A stretch of 64,000 bases of DNA from an uncultured Planctomycetota bacterium (GCA_963845755.1 CAWJTV010000028.1:192001-256000); one strand, 5' to 3'. Shown: positions 21,853 to 31,517, numbered from the stretch's first letter. Numbers and translations: made by a program. The notes: generated by a model not told the origin, from the sequence alone.

Positions 21853-23076
21853 TCAGTAACGGACCAGAGCCAACCAGACAACCCCGACGATCGTCGTGAG
21901 CACGGTGAGCGGGACGCCGACCTTCAGGTATTCCAGGAAGCTCAGCTCAGTCCCGCCGCGGCGTGCGTTCTCGACGACGATCAGGTTGGCCACGGAGCCC
22001 AGCACGGTCAGGTTGCCGGCCAGCGTGCTCGACATCGCCAGGGCCAGCCAGGCTTGTTCCTGCTGCGGCATCACCTCCATGAGCGGCTGAAAGAGCAGCA
22101 CCGCCGGGACGTTCGAGACCAGGTTCGAGAGCAACACGGAGAGCCCGCTCACCAGCACGACGGGCGACTGCAAGAGCGCATTCCAATGCTCCATCCCCCA
22201 GGTGCGGACGACGTAAACCTCGAAGGCGTGTACCACGACGAACAGGCCCGTGAACATCACCAGGAGGGGCCAGTCCACCGATCGGTAGACCTTCTCGGGC
22301 CGGACGCGATCGAGCATCAACACCCCGGCGGCGGCCAGGGCCACCAGCGCGATCGGCTGTCCGGCGAAGAACAGGGCGATGGTCACCGCGGTCACCGCCA
22401 TGCTCTTTGTGAGCAAGGAGCGGTGCACCCGCGGTGTCGTCGATTCACCGTCCGACGGACCGTCCGGCACGATCCCGCCCAACGTCTTGCGGTAGATGAA
22501 TGCCACGACCGCGAAGTTGATCGCCAGGCCGATCAGGGCGACCGGGGCCAGCCGCGCGGCGAACCGTATGTAGGAGATGTGCGACATCGAGCCGATGATG
22601 ATGTTTTGAGGGTTGCCCGTGATCGTCGCGACCGAACCGATATTCGAAGCCGTCGCCAGGCCGACCAGGTACGGGATCGGCGGCCGCTTCAGGCGCTGGC
22701 AGAGGTGGAGGACCAGCGGCGTGAGCGCCACGCAGACCACGTCGTTGACCAGGAACGCCGAGAGCACGCCCGAGAGCACGATCGTGACGGCCAGCAGGGT
22801 GAAGGGTCCGGAGAATCGCGCGGCGATCCGCTCGGTCGCCAGGGCGAAAAACCCGGCCAGGCGGAGGTATGACACCACCACCATCATCCCAAAGAGAAGG
22901 ACGATCGTCTCGTAATCGACCGCCCTGGCCGCGTCGCGCATCGACAGCACGCCGCAGGCGAGCATGGCCGCCGCGCCGACCAGCGCGATCCCGGCCCGGT
23001 CGATCCGTAACCCGGGAATCCGGCCGAGGGCCAGCGCGAGATACGTCAGGCCGAAGATCGTCGAAACCAGGGACAT
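21853..23076 (-). CDS. ArsB/NhaD-superfamily anion permease (YbiR-like)
   Basis: LSAFLVNDV, ASNIGSVATITGNPQN, SNLVSNVPA, SSTLAGNLTVLGSVAN. Confidence 0.9.
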   Translation of the reverse strand: MSLVSTIFGLTYLALALGRIPGLRIDRAGIALVGAAAMLACGVLSMRDAARAVDYETIVLLFGMMVVVSYLRLAGFFALATERIAARFSGPFTLLAVTIVLSGVLSAFLVNDVVCVALTPLVLHLCQRLKRPPIPYLVGLATASNIGSVATITGNPQNIIIGSMSHISYIRFAARLAPVALIGLAINFAVVAFIYRKTLGGIVPDGPSDGESTTPRVHRSLLTKSMAVTAVTIALFFAGQPIALVALAAAGVLMLDRVRPEKVYRSVDWPLLVMFTGLFVVVHAFEVYVVRTWGMEHWNALLQSPVVLVSGLSVLLSNLVSNVPAVLLFQPLMEVMPQQEQAWLALAMSSTLAGNLTVLGSVANLIVVENARRGGTELSFLEYLKVGVPLTVLTTIVGVVWLALVRY

Positions 23077-23328
23077 CGAGGGCGAAGGCGTGCTCACGGG
23101 TGTGGATCGCTCCCGTTGAAGGTGCTCTGTACTGTACGACTGACGTTGACAACCTTGTATGTTGGACAAGATTCCGTAATGACTCAAAGAGCAAGTCGGT
23201 ACGCCGGCAAAAAATCAACGGATTCTTCTCTGTAATCTCTGTGGCTCTGTGGTGAATCTCGTCTGGTTTTTCGCGGCTCGGCCGTCGTGGTGCTCGCAGA
23301 GCACCCTACAAGTCAAATCGATGTATTC

Positions 23329-24612
23329 TCATGGGACGGTCGACAGGTCGGACACGGTGGCCATCGGGTCGACGATCCGGCCGTCGATCAGTTCTTTGTG
23401 CTTCGTCAAGGTCTCCGGGACGAGGAAGACGACGATGGCTGTCGCGATCGCCCCCAATCCGGCCAGGGCCGCGAATAGCCCCCGGTAGCCGAGCGGTCCG
23501 ACCAGGAAGCTCGACGCCGCGGGACCGATCGCCGAGCCGAAGACCAGGCACGAGCCGACGATCACCTGGGCCTCGCCCGCCCGTCGCGGGTCGGCGAGGC
23601 GGTCGGTCACCCAGGCGGCGGCCAGCACGGCGAACAGGCCGTTGCTCAGGCCATCGAGCGCCTGGTTGGCGATCGCCATCATGGGCGTCTGGACCACGGA
23701 AACCAGGCCCAGCCTCAGGGCCATGATGGTCCAGCCCACGATCAACAGCGGTTTGCGGCCACAGCGGTCGGCCAGCCACCCCGCCGGCCAGACGACGAGC
23801 ATCCAGGCTATCATACTTACGACAAACGCATAGGCCAGAATACGCTCCGGGGCCTGCAAGTCCCGCTTCAGGAACAACCCGAGATAAACGCCGCCGGGCG
23901 CGTTGGCGGCGTGGAAGAGGACCATCGCCGCGACGAAGGCCCACAGACCCGCATCCTTGGGGAACCAGCCGTCGGCCCGACGGCCGCTGCTGGCGGTCGT
24001 GCGCGCCGGATTGTCGACTTCGTCGAAGATGACTCGCTGGCCGGTTTTCTCCAATTGCCATGGCTCGTGGATCAACAGCGCCGCCGCGACGGCCAGGCCC
24101 TGGAGGATCGCCAGCGGCCACAGGATCGCGCCCACGCCGTAGGCCTCCGACATCCAGCTCCCTAGCAGGGCGATGAGGATGATGCCGATCGGCTTCCAGA
24201 AGCGGAGCGCCCCCAGCGCGGCTCCCACGCCTCCGGGCGGCGACAAGGCGACCGCTTCCGCGCCGGAGAGGCTCTCGACCACGGCGCGCGAGACGCCGTT
24301 CTCGGCGAACAGGATAACCAGGACCCCCAGCCAGACGATCTCTCGCGCACCGGGGAGAAGGACCGTCGCCAGGGCGACCAGCACGAGTGCGGCGACGAGG
24401 AACGGCTTGCGAGACCGGAGGCGGTCGGACCAGATCCCGACCGGGAACTGGGCCAGAGCCGACAAGGCCGCCAGGGTCGAAACGATCCCGATCGCGCGAT
24501 CCGAGAGTCCCTTCTGGCCGAGGTAGAGCGGCAGGTAGGGCAAGGTGAAGCCGATCGCTGCCATACCCAGGAAGTACGACCCATAGAGTCCGATGCGGTT
24601 CCGCCAGTCCAT
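23329..24612 (-). CDS. MFS transporter
   Basis: 12 TM segments; GIWSDRLRSRK and WLADRCGRK loop motifs. Confidence 0.9.
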   Translation of the reverse strand: MDWRNRIGLYGSYFLGMAAIGFTLPYLPLYLGQKGLSDRAIGIVSTLAALSALAQFPVGIWSDRLRSRKPFLVAALVLVALATVLLPGAREIVWLGVLVILFAENGVSRAVVESLSGAEAVALSPPGGVGAALGALRFWKPIGIILIALLGSWMSEAYGVGAILWPLAILQGLAVAAALLIHEPWQLEKTGQRVIFDEVDNPARTTASSGRRADGWFPKDAGLWAFVAAMVLFHAANAPGGVYLGLFLKRDLQAPERILAYAFVVSMIAWMLVVWPAGWLADRCGRKPLLIVGWTIMALRLGLVSVVQTPMMAIANQALDGLSNGLFAVLAAAWVTDRLADPRRAGEAQVIVGSCLVFGSAIGPAASSFLVGPLGYRGLFAALAGLGAIATAIVVFLVPETLTKHKELIDGRIVDPMATVSDLSTVP

Positions 24613-24713
24613 GATCGAATGAGCCTCTCACGCAGGAGAATCGGAGGGGGAAGTGGGAAGCGGGGAGCGCCGTCGGTGCGGCAGCTCCCCGACCTGACAC
24701 AACACGACGAGAT

Positions 24714-25553
24714 TCACCGGGGGGGCAGGATCGGCGGAAGATCCGCGCCGGCCGGCCCGAAGCGATCGAACTCCTTGGCCTTGGCCTTGGGCTCGGGTCC
24801 TCGGGGCTCGAACTCCTTGGTCTTGGGCTCGGGCCGCTCGGGGGGTAGCGGGGCTTCGGGGCGGGGCCCGAACCGCTCGCGTGCGCGTCCGACCTGGGGG
24901 AGATGCTCGGGCACGTGAGTCATGGCCTCCGCCGCACGGGCGAGCTCGCCTCCTCGCTCGTTGCGACCGGCTTCCAGGTCACGACGGGCCGCACTGTAGA
25001 GATCCCTGGCCGCCTTGACGTAGACGTCAGAGTCAGGGGTCGTTCGCCACGTGCCCAGCCATTCGAGCCGTTCATAGGCACGATACAGGTCGCGTCGGCC
25101 TCGCTCGCGGGTGTCCTCGAGTCCGAAGTCGTCCGACGGCGGTGGCAGGTCGGGATCGGGCCGATCGTACCGCGCCGCATTGCGGGCGTGATCCACGGAG
25201 CGGGCCAGGTCGTGGGCGGCGGCCCCATACTCGCGGGCGAGGAACAGATCGCCGGCCGTCTGGGCCCTCAATCCTTCGCGGTACAGCGAGGCCGCCCGAT
25301 CGGTCCAGTCGCGGAGCCGTTCCTCGGGCCGGCCTGCCGTACCGTCGTCAGCGCGAAGCCGGCGGAGCAGGTCATAAGCCTTCCGTAGGTCACCGCCCAG
25401 TTCCCGCTCTCCTTTCTTCTTCGCCTTCTCGCCCTTCTTCCCTTTGACCTTGGCGGTAGGTAGGCCGTCCGGCGGCGGTGGCTGCGCCGGAAGTAGGCTG
25501 GTCAGCCCCAGGCTGATCAGGACTGACGAAACGATCGCCATAAGCTTGGTCAT
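24714..25553 (-). CDS. Secreted helical hypothetical protein with internal duplication
   Basis: Signal peptide; repeats DLRKAYDLL...AASLY...AAAHDLARSVDH and DLYRAYERL...ARDLY...RAAEAMTHVPEH; GGGAGA RBS. Confidence 0.8.
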   Translation of the reverse strand: MTKLMAIVSSVLISLGLTSLLPAQPPPPDGLPTAKVKGKKGEKAKKKGERELGGDLRKAYDLLRRLRADDGTAGRPEERLRDWTDRAASLYREGLRAQTAGDLFLAREYGAAAHDLARSVDHARNAARYDRPDPDLPPPSDDFGLEDTRERGRRDLYRAYERLEWLGTWRTTPDSDVYVKAARDLYSAARRDLEAGRNERGGELARAAEAMTHVPEHLPQVGRARERFGPRPEAPLPPERPEPKTKEFEPRGPEPKAKAKEFDRFGPAGADLPPILPPR

Positions 25554-25634
25554 GATGGTTCTCCCTTCATTCGACCCGTGAAGGATGGGTTGTTCAACTC
25601 ATTTCATTGGCTCCAGCCGGCCACGCTGGGAATA

Positions 25635-25650
25635 AGCACAGCCGGTGCCA
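25635..25650 (-). promoter_or_regulatory. Sigma54 -24/-12 promoter
   Basis: Minus strand TGGCAC-CGGCT-GTGCT upstream of the 25553 gene. Confidence 0.68.
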
Positions 25651-25701
25651 GAGCGAGAATTCGCGAGTTTTCCCGGGTTTTTCCACGATTTGCGCGGGAA
25701 C

Positions 25702-25742
25702 TGGGCAAGGAATCCCCGGAGGGGCAGGGGGGATTCCGCCCA
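25702..25742. promoter_or_regulatory. Putative enhancer (UAS) copy 3
   Basis: TGGGC-AAGGAAT-CCCC-GGAGGGGCA-GGGG-GGATTCC-GCCCA, starting 52 bp from the -24 box. Confidence 0.62.
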
Positions 25743-25823
25743 CTTTCGTGGTGGACACCTGGACTCAAGTCGCACACAGGAGGTCGGGTGCTCGGTGCGC
25801 ACCGATGCCCCGCGGCAGGCCCG

Positions 25824-26027
25824 CTAGGGAATCCCCGATTCCGGATTCCGAATTCCCAAGAGGACGGATTTCGAGATCGGGAATCGCGAATCCGGAATCG
25901 CTCGGGGGTTGCGGCGATACCGCGTCGGCTTCCTCTGGAGGATCTCTGCAGCGTGAGCGATTCCGGATTTCGAACAGAAACGATTCCCCGATCCGGAATC
26001 GGGAATCGCGAATCCGGAATCCCTAAG
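25824..26027. repeat. Palindromic array of degenerate GATTCCG/CGGAATC heptamers
   Basis: CTAGGGAATCCCCGATTCCGGATTCCGAATTCCC ... GGGAATCGCGAATCCGGAATCCCTAAG; ATCGGGAATCGCGAATCCGGAATC occurs twice. Confidence 0.75.
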
Positions 26028-26183
26028 CACTTGGCCACGGTTTTCGTGCACCGGTCCCCGGGCGAGCGGGGAACGTCAGCCCCCTGTCCGGTCGCGAAGA
26101 CAGGGAGGCTGACGCCCCCCGCTCGCCTCCGGACACCGCCTCCGAGCTAAGAAAAATGCAAGGAAACCCGGCCAACTGCTTTG
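26023..26183 (+). mobile_element. MITE-like element with imperfect ~28-bp TIRs and an internal REP hairpin
   Basis: Left CTAAGCACTTGGCCACGGTTTTCGTGCA; right TGCAAGGAAACCCGGCCAACTGCTTTG; internal GGCGAGCGGGGAACGTCAGCCCCCTGTC...GACAGGGAGGCTGACGCCCCCCGCTCGCC. Confidence 0.6.
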
Positions 26184-26233
26184 AGTCTTCCTCCGCAGAA
26201 TCTCTGCGCCGTACGCGCAGATCAGGGAGGGAA

Positions 26234-26325
26234 GAGTCCCACGCGGAGACGCGGAGTCCCGTCCCGATGGCAGCGATTCGGATTCGGGTTGATGACGGTT
26301 CTCTCCGCGTCTCCGCGTGAGACTC
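26234..26325. repeat. REP-like inverted repeat
   Basis: GAGTCCCACGCGGAGACGCGGAG ... CTCCGCGTCTCCGCGTGAGACTC (22/23 complementary). Confidence 0.75.
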
Positions 26326-26398
26326 GGTCGTGGCCCACACTGGTTGCGGCATGGCGGCGTTAGGGGTTACCGCGACCGCGATGCTGCGTGAGAGCGGC

Positions 26399-27763
26399 TC
26401 ACCGTTGCGTCGCACCCGACACGGGGTCACGAGATTCCCCGCGCGGGCGCAGTTCCTCCGCGAGGCGCCTTAGTCGGGCGTGGCCGGCTGCGGGCGCACC
26501 TTCGCGAAATCGAACGGCTCGCCGAGCCGCCGAGAGAACGTCCGGCGCTGTTCGACGGGTCAGGATGGTGCCGATCCGACGCATGACCTGCTCGTGCAGG
26601 TTGCTCGACCCGCCGCGGAGCTGAGCCTTCTCCTGTTCCTTGCGGGCGGCTTCCTCGGCCGGATCCGCGGCGGGGTTGCCCTTCAGTGACTCGCGGAGTT
26701 GCCGGTGTGCCCCGAGAAGCTCGTCGAGGATCGCCTGGATGTGCGCCGACTGGTCGTCGTCCAGGCGCAGGGCCTGGGCCACGTCGGGCCGGATCAGGGC
26801 CGCGGGCCCCTCGCTCTGGAGCATGATCTGTCGAAGCCGGGCGAGCTGGCTCGCTTCGAGGACTTTCGCCGCGGGTTCCTCGCGGGCCAGTCGGTCCTTC
26901 TGCTTGGCGGTCAGTTTCAACTCTGCCTGGACCGCCGGCTGCCGCAGCAGCCAGCCGGTCAGGTCGGCCGAGTCATCGATCAGCCGCTGACCTTCGGGAC
27001 CAGTGAGTTTGCCAAGATCGAATCCCTCGCCGATCATCCGGTTGTACTTGTCGCGCTGGTACCGCGTCAGAACCTGGCCGATCTGGACCATCGCTTGCTT
27101 GCCCAGGCGGTAGGAGTGGGCCTGCGATCGCGCCTTTTCCTGATCCTTGCGTGTCTTCTCCAGCTCGAGGTCGCCGCCGGCTTTGAGAAGCTCGGAGGAC
27201 TGTTTCTGACGCTCCTTCTGCTGGTCCTGCACACCCTTCATCTCGCCGAGGATCTGGCGGATCGAATCCACCTGATCGGGGCCGAGGCCCAGCACATCGA
27301 TCAATTCGGGCGTCAAGAAGGCCGACGGACCCTGGGCGCGCAGCACGATCTGGGTCAGGCGTGCCCGCTGTCGGGAATCGAGTATCGCGTTGACCTCCCC
27401 GTCGGTCCGCCGGGCCAGCTCAGCGAGATCGGCGTCGATCGCCTCCCGCGCGATCCGTTCCTGCTGCTGGACGATCGGATCGACCGACTTCGTCTTGGGT
27501 TGAACGTTTTCCCGGCCCTTGCCCCGGGCCGATTCGACCTCCTTCTTGGCGGTCTTAAACTCGGCCGCGAATCGATCGATCTTCGCAACCTGCTGCTGGC
27601 TCAATTTCAACTCCTTCTGGACTTCCGGGGTGCTCAGCAATCTCAACCGCAGGGACTCGCCGCGACCGGCGAGCCCGATCGTATCCTGGCCTTGTCCGGA
27701 CAGGGCCAGCAGGAGAACTCCGGCCGCCGCGATCGTCGCCGCAAGCCAACGCGTCCGGTACAT
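26399..27763 (-). CDS. Secreted Spy/CpxP-like (LTXXQ-type) repeat protein; probable frameshift near 26550, so true end uncertain
   Basis: Signal peptide; VQKELKLSQQQ, ILDSRQRARL, VLTRYQR, VQAELKLTAKQ, LRLDDDQ motifs. Confidence 0.72.
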   Translation of the reverse strand: MYRTRWLAATIAAAGVLLLALSGQGQDTIGLAGRGESLRLRLLSTPEVQKELKLSQQQVAKIDRFAAEFKTAKKEVESARGKGRENVQPKTKSVDPIVQQQERIAREAIDADLAELARRTDGEVNAILDSRQRARLTQIVLRAQGPSAFLTPELIDVLGLGPDQVDSIRQILGEMKGVQDQQKERQKQSSELLKAGGDLELEKTRKDQEKARSQAHSYRLGKQAMVQIGQVLTRYQRDKYNRMIGEGFDLGKLTGPEGQRLIDDSADLTGWLLRQPAVQAELKLTAKQKDRLAREEPAAKVLEASQLARLRQIMLQSEGPAALIRPDVAQALRLDDDQSAHIQAILDELLGAHRQLRESLKGNPAADPAEEAARKEQEKAQLRGGSSNLHEQVMRRIGTILTRRTAPDVLSAARRAVRFREGAPAAGHARLRRLAEELRPRGESRDPVSGATQR

Positions 27764-27821
27764 CGATGTCTCCTCTCCGAATCGAGATCGAGCGGATCGT
27801 TCACGACGTGGCGCGGGTGGA

Positions 27822-27837
27822 CGCAAAGCGAGTGCCA
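27822..27837 (-). promoter_or_regulatory. Sigma54 -24/-12 promoter (consensus)
   Basis: Minus strand TGGCAC-TCGCT-TTGCG, ~60 bp upstream of ATG 27763. Confidence 0.8.
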
Positions 27838-27888
27838 TGGGCAAAATGGGATGAAAACCACCAGGGAGCAGGGCGGACGCCAGAGATT

Positions 27889-27928
27889 TGAGAACGAGTC
27901 CCCCGGGTCGATGGGGCTTTTCTGCCCA
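27889..27928. promoter_or_regulatory. Putative enhancer (UAS) copy 4, between divergent sigma54 promoters
   Basis: TGAGA-ACGAGTC-CCCC-GGGTCGAT-GGGG-CTTTTCT-GCCCA, starting 52 bp from the -24 box. Confidence 0.6.
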
Positions 27929-27986
27929 CTTTGGTCTTCGCACCGGCCTTTCCGGTCAGGAGTCAAAGCGAATGTTGACGCCCCGT

Positions 27987-28002
27987 TGGCATGGTTATTG
28001 CG
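27987..28002 (+). promoter_or_regulatory. Sigma54 -24/-12 promoter of the two-component operon
   Basis: TGGCAT-GGTTA-TTGCG. Confidence 0.75.
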
Positions 28003-28056
28003 AAAGAATGATGGACCGGGGACAGAACGGCCAAACGACGATATAAGGGTAGGTTG

Positions 28057-29542
28057 ATGGCATCGACCCCTATCCAGTTCCGGGTGCCGATCAGCGTTCA
28101 GGTCGGCCTGGTCGCGGCCATGTTCGTGGCGGCGCTGGTGGTCCTCTGGGCAGCGGGCTCCGCGGCCATGCAACGCGAGCAGCGGAGGTCGGAGGCGAAG
28201 AACTTGCTCGTCGGCGCCGGCGATGTCCTGGTCGAGCAGGGGCGTGGGATCATCGCGCAGGCCGGGGATTTTCTGCTATTTCCCGACGATCGGTCGCGGG
28301 CCGACCTCGACGACAAGCTCAGGGCCAGGGCCCGGCAGGTGCTGTCTCAGTATAAGGATATCCAGGGGGGCTACTGGGTCCTCACGCGTTTCCGCAGCTT
28401 TCTCGGGACGGTCCGGCTGGAACCCGAACCGGCAAGCAAGGGCACAGAGGACGCCGAGATCGACCCGGCGTCGCCGTCCTACGGCCGGGGCGAATCGAGC
28501 CTGCCGCCCCTGGAGCGCGACCTGATCGACATCCAGGTCGACGCGGCCATCCGCAAGCAGCAGAAGCTGTTCTCGGTCGAGGAGTTGACGGACGGACCAC
28601 CGGTCACCGTGGCGATTCGCACGGCTCCGGTGATGGTCGATAAGCGGGTGGTCGGTGCCACCTGGGTGATGACCCGGCTTGTCGACCCGCTATTCCTGGA
28701 CCCCTCGATTCAAGGCTACCGGCTGGCCGCGGGCCTGGCGCTGGGGGGGATCGGCCTGGCCTTCGTGTTGACGGTGGGCCTGGCGCGGACCGTCCGGCGT
28801 CAGGCGGTCGAGCGAGACCGGCTCCAGACCGACTTGCGGCGGAGCGAGCGGCTGGCGGCCCTGGGCAAACTGCTGGCCGGCGTGGCGCATGAGGTCCGCA
28901 ACCCGTTGGCCGGCATCCGCTCGACGGCCCAGCTCTGGCAGCGCGGAGTCGTCGGGCTCGACGCGGAATCGCTCGGTGGGCTGGTCCACGAGGTCGATCG
29001 CCTGGAAGAGATCGTCTCGCGTCTCCTCCAGTTCTCGCGGGCCGACGCCGCAGGACCTGGCCCCTGGAGACCTGAACGCGCTCCTGGCCGAGGTGGCCCG
29101 ACTGGCCGCGGGGCCGGCCGAGGCGAAGGGAGTCCGGGTCGAAGTCGATCTCGAGAATCCCTTGCCGCCTGTTGCGATGGCCCAGCCGGCCCTGCTGCAA
29201 GTCTTCCGAAACCTGACGACCAACGCGATCCAGGCCATGTCGACCGGAGGAATCCTCCAACTGAGCACGCGACGGGACCCGACCCATCGCGCGATCCTGG
29301 CCAGCGTGGCCGACACCGGTCCGGGGTTAGCACCCGAGGCATTGAAGCACATCTTCGAGCCGTTCTTCACGACCAAGGCCGAGGGAACTGGGCTGGGATT
29401 GGCCATTGCCCGAGAAATCGCCCTGGCCCACCGCGGCGACCTCCAGGCCGGTAACCGATCCGAGGGAGAAGGGCCCGGTGCGGTCTTCACGCTCACGCTC
29501 CCGGCCGCCCCGTACGAGAGCCATGGAGCACCCCGCTCATGA
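28057..29542 (+). CDS. Membrane sensor histidine kinase (NtrB/ZraS-like); frameshift near 29050
   Basis: Two TM segments; AGVAHEVRNPL; NLTTNAIQA, DTGPG, FFTTKAEGTGLGLAI. Confidence 0.9.
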
Positions 29543-30942
29543 ACGCACCCGCCAAGGTCCTCGTAGCCGACGACGACCGGACGATCCGCCGGAACCTCAT
29601 GCTGCTCTTGCGGTCGGAAGGCTACGAGAGCCTGGAGGCGGCCGACGGCAACGAGGCGCTGGCGCGCATCGCCGACGAGACGCCCGACGCCGTGTTGCTC
29701 GACCTCAAGATGCCCGGTCGCGACGGCCTCGAGGTACTCAATCAGCTCGGGCCGGTGCTCGCCGACCTGCCGGTGCTCGTCGTCACCGCGCTGGGTGGCT
29801 CGACCGCCGCCATCGAGGCCATGCGACTGGGAGCCTATGACTACCTGACCAAGCCGTTCGACCTCGACGAAGTTCTGATGACCCTCAAGCGCGCCCTCCG
29901 TCAGCGAGCCCTGGCCTTCGAGGTCAAGGCCCTGCGGGCGCGGACCGACGCGGAGGCCGGCGAGGCCGGCGATGAGGACTCCGAGGCCGAGTCTCAGCCC
30001 GAGTTGATCGGCCAGAGCCCGGCCATGCGCGAGGTCTTCAAGGCGATCGGCCGGGCCGCCGCGACCGACGCCGCCGTCCTGATCGTCGGCGAAAGTGGCA
30101 CGGGGAAGGAGTTGGTCACCACCGCACTGCATCGCCATTCGGATCGCGCCGCCGGACCCCTGATCCGGGTCAATTGCGGGGCACTGCCCGAGGGCTTGAT
30201 CGAGAGCGAGCTATTCGGCCACGAGCGCGGCGCCTTCACCGGCGCCGATCGCCAGAAGCCCGGCCGGTTCGAGCGCGCAGCCGGCGGCACCATCTTCCTC
30301 GACGAGGTGGGCGAGCTGCCCCAATCGGCCCAGGCCAAGATCCTCCGGGTGCTCCAGCAGCGGGAGTTCGAGCGAATCGGAGGGACCGAAACCCTCCACA
30401 CCGACGCACGCGTCATCTCAGCCACCCACCGCGACCTGGCCAGGGAGGTGGCCGCCGGCCGGTTCCGCGAGGACCTGTACTACCGCTTGAATGTCGCCCG
30501 GATCGTGATTCCACCCCTCCGCGACCGTCCCGAGGACATCCCGCTACTGGCCGAGCATATCCTCCGGCGCGTGGAGCGCCGACACGGTTGGGGTGCGCTT
30601 TCGCTATCCCCAGAGGCCCTGCTGACCATTCAGGCACGACCCTGGCCGGGCAACGTCCGACAACTGGAGAACGCGCTGGCCCGCGCCGTGCTCGTGGCAC
30701 GCGGTCGAACCATCTTGCCCGAACATCTCGACGTCGACGACACGGCCGATCCGGCATTCCCGGCAACTGAAGACCCGACGGAGCCCATCCCGCTCCGCGC
30801 CCTATTGGCCGAAGTCGAGCGCCGGGCGATCCATCGCGCCTTGCTCGCCTGCGGCGGCAATCGCACCCGGACCGCCGAACGGCTGGGCATCAGCCGTCGC
30901 CAGCTCTTCGATAAGATTCGTGAGTATGATCTTCATGTTTGA
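29539..30942 (+). CDS. Sigma54-dependent response regulator (NtrC/ZraR family)
   Basis: Receiver domain, GESGTGKE, GAFTGA, FLDEVGE, REDLYYRL, Fis-type HTH. Confidence 0.95.
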   Translation: MNAPAKVLVADDDRTIRRNLMLLLRSEGYESLEAADGNEALARIADETPDAVLLDLKMPGRDGLEVLNQLGPVLADLPVLVVTALGGSTAAIEAMRLGAYDYLTKPFDLDEVLMTLKRALRQRALAFEVKALRARTDAEAGEAGDEDSEAESQPELIGQSPAMREVFKAIGRAAATDAAVLIVGESGTGKELVTTALHRHSDRAAGPLIRVNCGALPEGLIESELFGHERGAFTGADRQKPGRFERAAGGTIFLDEVGELPQSAQAKILRVLQQREFERIGGTETLHTDARVISATHRDLAREVAAGRFREDLYYRLNVARIVIPPLRDRPEDIPLLAEHILRRVERRHGWGALSLSPEALLTIQARPWPGNVRQLENALARAVLVARGRTILPEHLDVDDTADPAFPATEDPTEPIPLRALLAEVERRAIHRALLACGGNRTRTAERLGISRRQLFDKIREYDLHV

Positions 30943-31031
30943 CGGCGTATCGAAGGCTGTCCCACATCTGGCTGATGGCCGCAAGTTCCAGTTGCGAGGC
31001 AGGATCCCGCCGAAGAGAGAGTGCCGGAATC

Positions 31032-31118
31032 GGGGGGATACAGGGGGGTGAATTCCGGGCGATACCTCAGGAGTCCAGCGATCCGGAACCCCCCTGTATC
31101 CCCCCTTCGTAAGGGGGG
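31032..31118. repeat. REP-like inverted repeat
   Basis: GGGGGGATACAGGGGGGT ... ACCCCCCTGTATCCCCCC followed by hairpin CCCCCCTTCGTAAGGGGGG. Confidence 0.75.
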
Positions 31119-31156
31119 AACGTCTTGGAAGCCGTTTCCTCGGCATAGGTTACGGC

Positions 31157-31354
31157 TTATTCAACGGTATTGGGGTTAATGCCGAGTTCCATCATCCAGT
31201 TCTCGACATGGTAATTCATCGGCTCGGCATATCGCTCGGCGAAGTCTCGGGCGTGTGCCGCCGGGTCGTCCCATACGGGCCGCGCCGAGGGCGGTGTGCC
31301 GATCATCGCGGGCTTGCGGAAGAGGTCACGGATGCGTTGGAACGGATTACGCAT
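31157..31354 (-). CDS. Small hypothetical ORF or gene fragment
   Basis: 65-aa ORF with plausible composition only. Confidence 0.35.
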   Translation of the reverse strand: MRNPFQRIRDLFRKPAMIGTPPSARPVWDDPAAHARDFAERYAEPMNYHVENWMMELGINPNTVE

Positions 31355-31517
31355 TCCGAGACTATTTCACGCATTTCGCGGTGGAGCAAGCTGCCTGTGC
31401 TCTGCCTTGAAGGCACCAGCGCCTGGTGTAGAGCCTCATCCGGCATTTCCACCGACCGTTTGACGTTGTCGGGGGAGCCTTTCCCAGTGGGAAACGGGAG
31501 AGGCCGCTCTCGTCGGC

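Noticed and set aside
25824..26027. Repeat array as a possible CRISPR
   Set aside because: It consists of degenerate 7-mers in inverted blocks, with no constant 25-40 bp repeat, no unique spacers and no cas genes.
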